DNA of 63,647 bases, counting the filler, from Craspedostauros australis (lineage: Eukaryota), in the NCBI GenBank assembly GCA_030167865.1. It is 7 parts of 7 records of this genome, joined end to end, with 100 filler letters (N's around TTAATTAATTAA, not from the genome) between each part and the next. Parts side by side here need not be neighbours in the genome. Positions count along the whole stretch, not along the records: positions 59,712 to 63,647 come from JALAGF010006602.1; 6 more parts are not named here. One strand, 5' to 3'. The notes beneath the pieces are model-generated. The model saw only the letters and a program-made list of their open reading frames with translations, ran no database searches and was not told where the DNA came from. The first letter of the stretch is position 1, and each line of letters opens with the position of its first letter. The position numbers were made by a program, and so were the translations under genes. Positions 62,685-63,647 of the stretch are shown here, one piece after another.

Positions 62685-62766
62685 TGATCTGTGATTGACC
62701 TGTGAGTGATCTGTGATTGATCTGTGATTGATCTGTGATTGATCTGTGATTGATCTGTGGTTGATC
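62685..62766. repeat. 11-bp minisatellite (GATCTGTGATT)n, ~7 units
   Basis: tgatctgtgattgacctgtgagtgatctgtgattgatctgtgatt... Confidence 0.9.
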
Positions 62767-62790
62767 GAAATCACATCACAAAATCAGGCA

Positions 62791-63647
62791 CACACGAAAA
62801 ATCAGAATTTTGGAAGGGCATTTGTGAACACTCATTTCTGAGAGCATCAGGAATGCAGTCTGTCCATCAACTGACAGAAATGCATGACATCGAGCAAGGA
62901 TTGATGTATTTCACAACTAAACCTCAAATGACAATATCCTTGCCATACCACTGCATCATTGATGGAATATGGAATCTGAAGGATCATGGAAGACGACAGC
63001 TGACATCAACAGGATGTCATCATGTCACCACATCAACATCTGTCTCCACATCAGATCAAGAAGGTGAAGATTCAATGACCAAGTGACATCAAGATCGTGG
63101 ATATGCAAGGAGGAGTTCAGATGAGACATTGGCGAATACTCACAGAGTAGTGCACCAGTAGAGGACAAAATGATGGAATATGTATCAAATACAGAGTATG
63201 TATCTATCACTGATTATCGCACAGTACCAACACACAAGAGAGAGAGAAAGAGCAAGAGAATACAAGAAATAGCAAGAGAGCATCTCACATGCCAACTCAT
63301 AGTTGGACGATAGTTGAGAGACAACAAGAGTATTGGGAGACTCCAAGAGGCATTGGAACAATGCAATGAAACAGCAAGAAAAAGAGTAACAACCACCACC
63401 ACCGTCAACAGTCGCAAGAGTATCCGTGAGCAGAACTTGCCAATATGCCACATTGCCCAGGATCCACACCTCATGTTTGCTGCTATCCATGAGATATGAA
63501 TGCTGCAGTCTGGATCGCCACTACGGAATGCGACAAGAACGATGTCCAGGGGCGATGTCGAAGACATGTAGCTGCTCTTGGTTGTTCATGCTGTTCCAGG
63601 TGATGTCAGCAGGTGGATGGTTGCCAGATGACAACATGTCGATGTCA
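62791..63647. repeat. Dispersed repeat copy B, starting CACACGAAAA; CpG-decayed
   Basis: Homologous to 36921-37582 up to ~63455; may continue past the window end. Confidence 0.72.

Overview
Eukaryotic nuclear DNA, most consistent with a pennate diatom: GT-AG introns, bipartite plastid presequences with the ..A|F.. cleavage motif, diatom-type LRR and PT-repeat proteins, and Ambal-like and CoDi-like retroelements. Bases 1-27 kb are a compact gene cluster. It opens with the 3' end of a piggyBac and then carries genes for a plastid thioredoxin, a membrane LRR protein, a 2-TM plastid protein, an N-extended glutathionyl-hydroquinone reductase, a mitochondrial carrier, Pol III RPC5, a proline-iminopeptidase-like hydrolase, Dim1, mitochondrial HslU, an AKTIP/Crossbronx-like UEV and a UEV+PH-like protein. 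All spliced models were checked for frame. Bases ~27-63.6 kb are a gap-rich, repeat-rich mosaic of contigs joined by artificial N-TTAATTAATTAA-N linkers, so adjacency across linkers is not evidence. This part holds a secreted mucin/Cys-repeat protein, a Crinkler-like P-loop NTPase, a small secreted protein and a 3-exon gene with an HSP20-like segment next to a 21-22 bp repeat array. It also holds a piggyBac, an APE-RT-RNaseH LINE, a Sola3-like transposase, Copia remnants, a TSD-flanked truncated LINE, an AGT...ACT insert and CAC-terminated DNA-transposon ends. No CRISPR array, rRNA or tRNA was found. The best leads are two piggyBac ends flanked by ATAA/ATAG rather than TTAA, the Crinkler-like NTPase, the Sola3-like element and the AGT...ACT insert. 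Family names come from recognising motifs, not from database searches.
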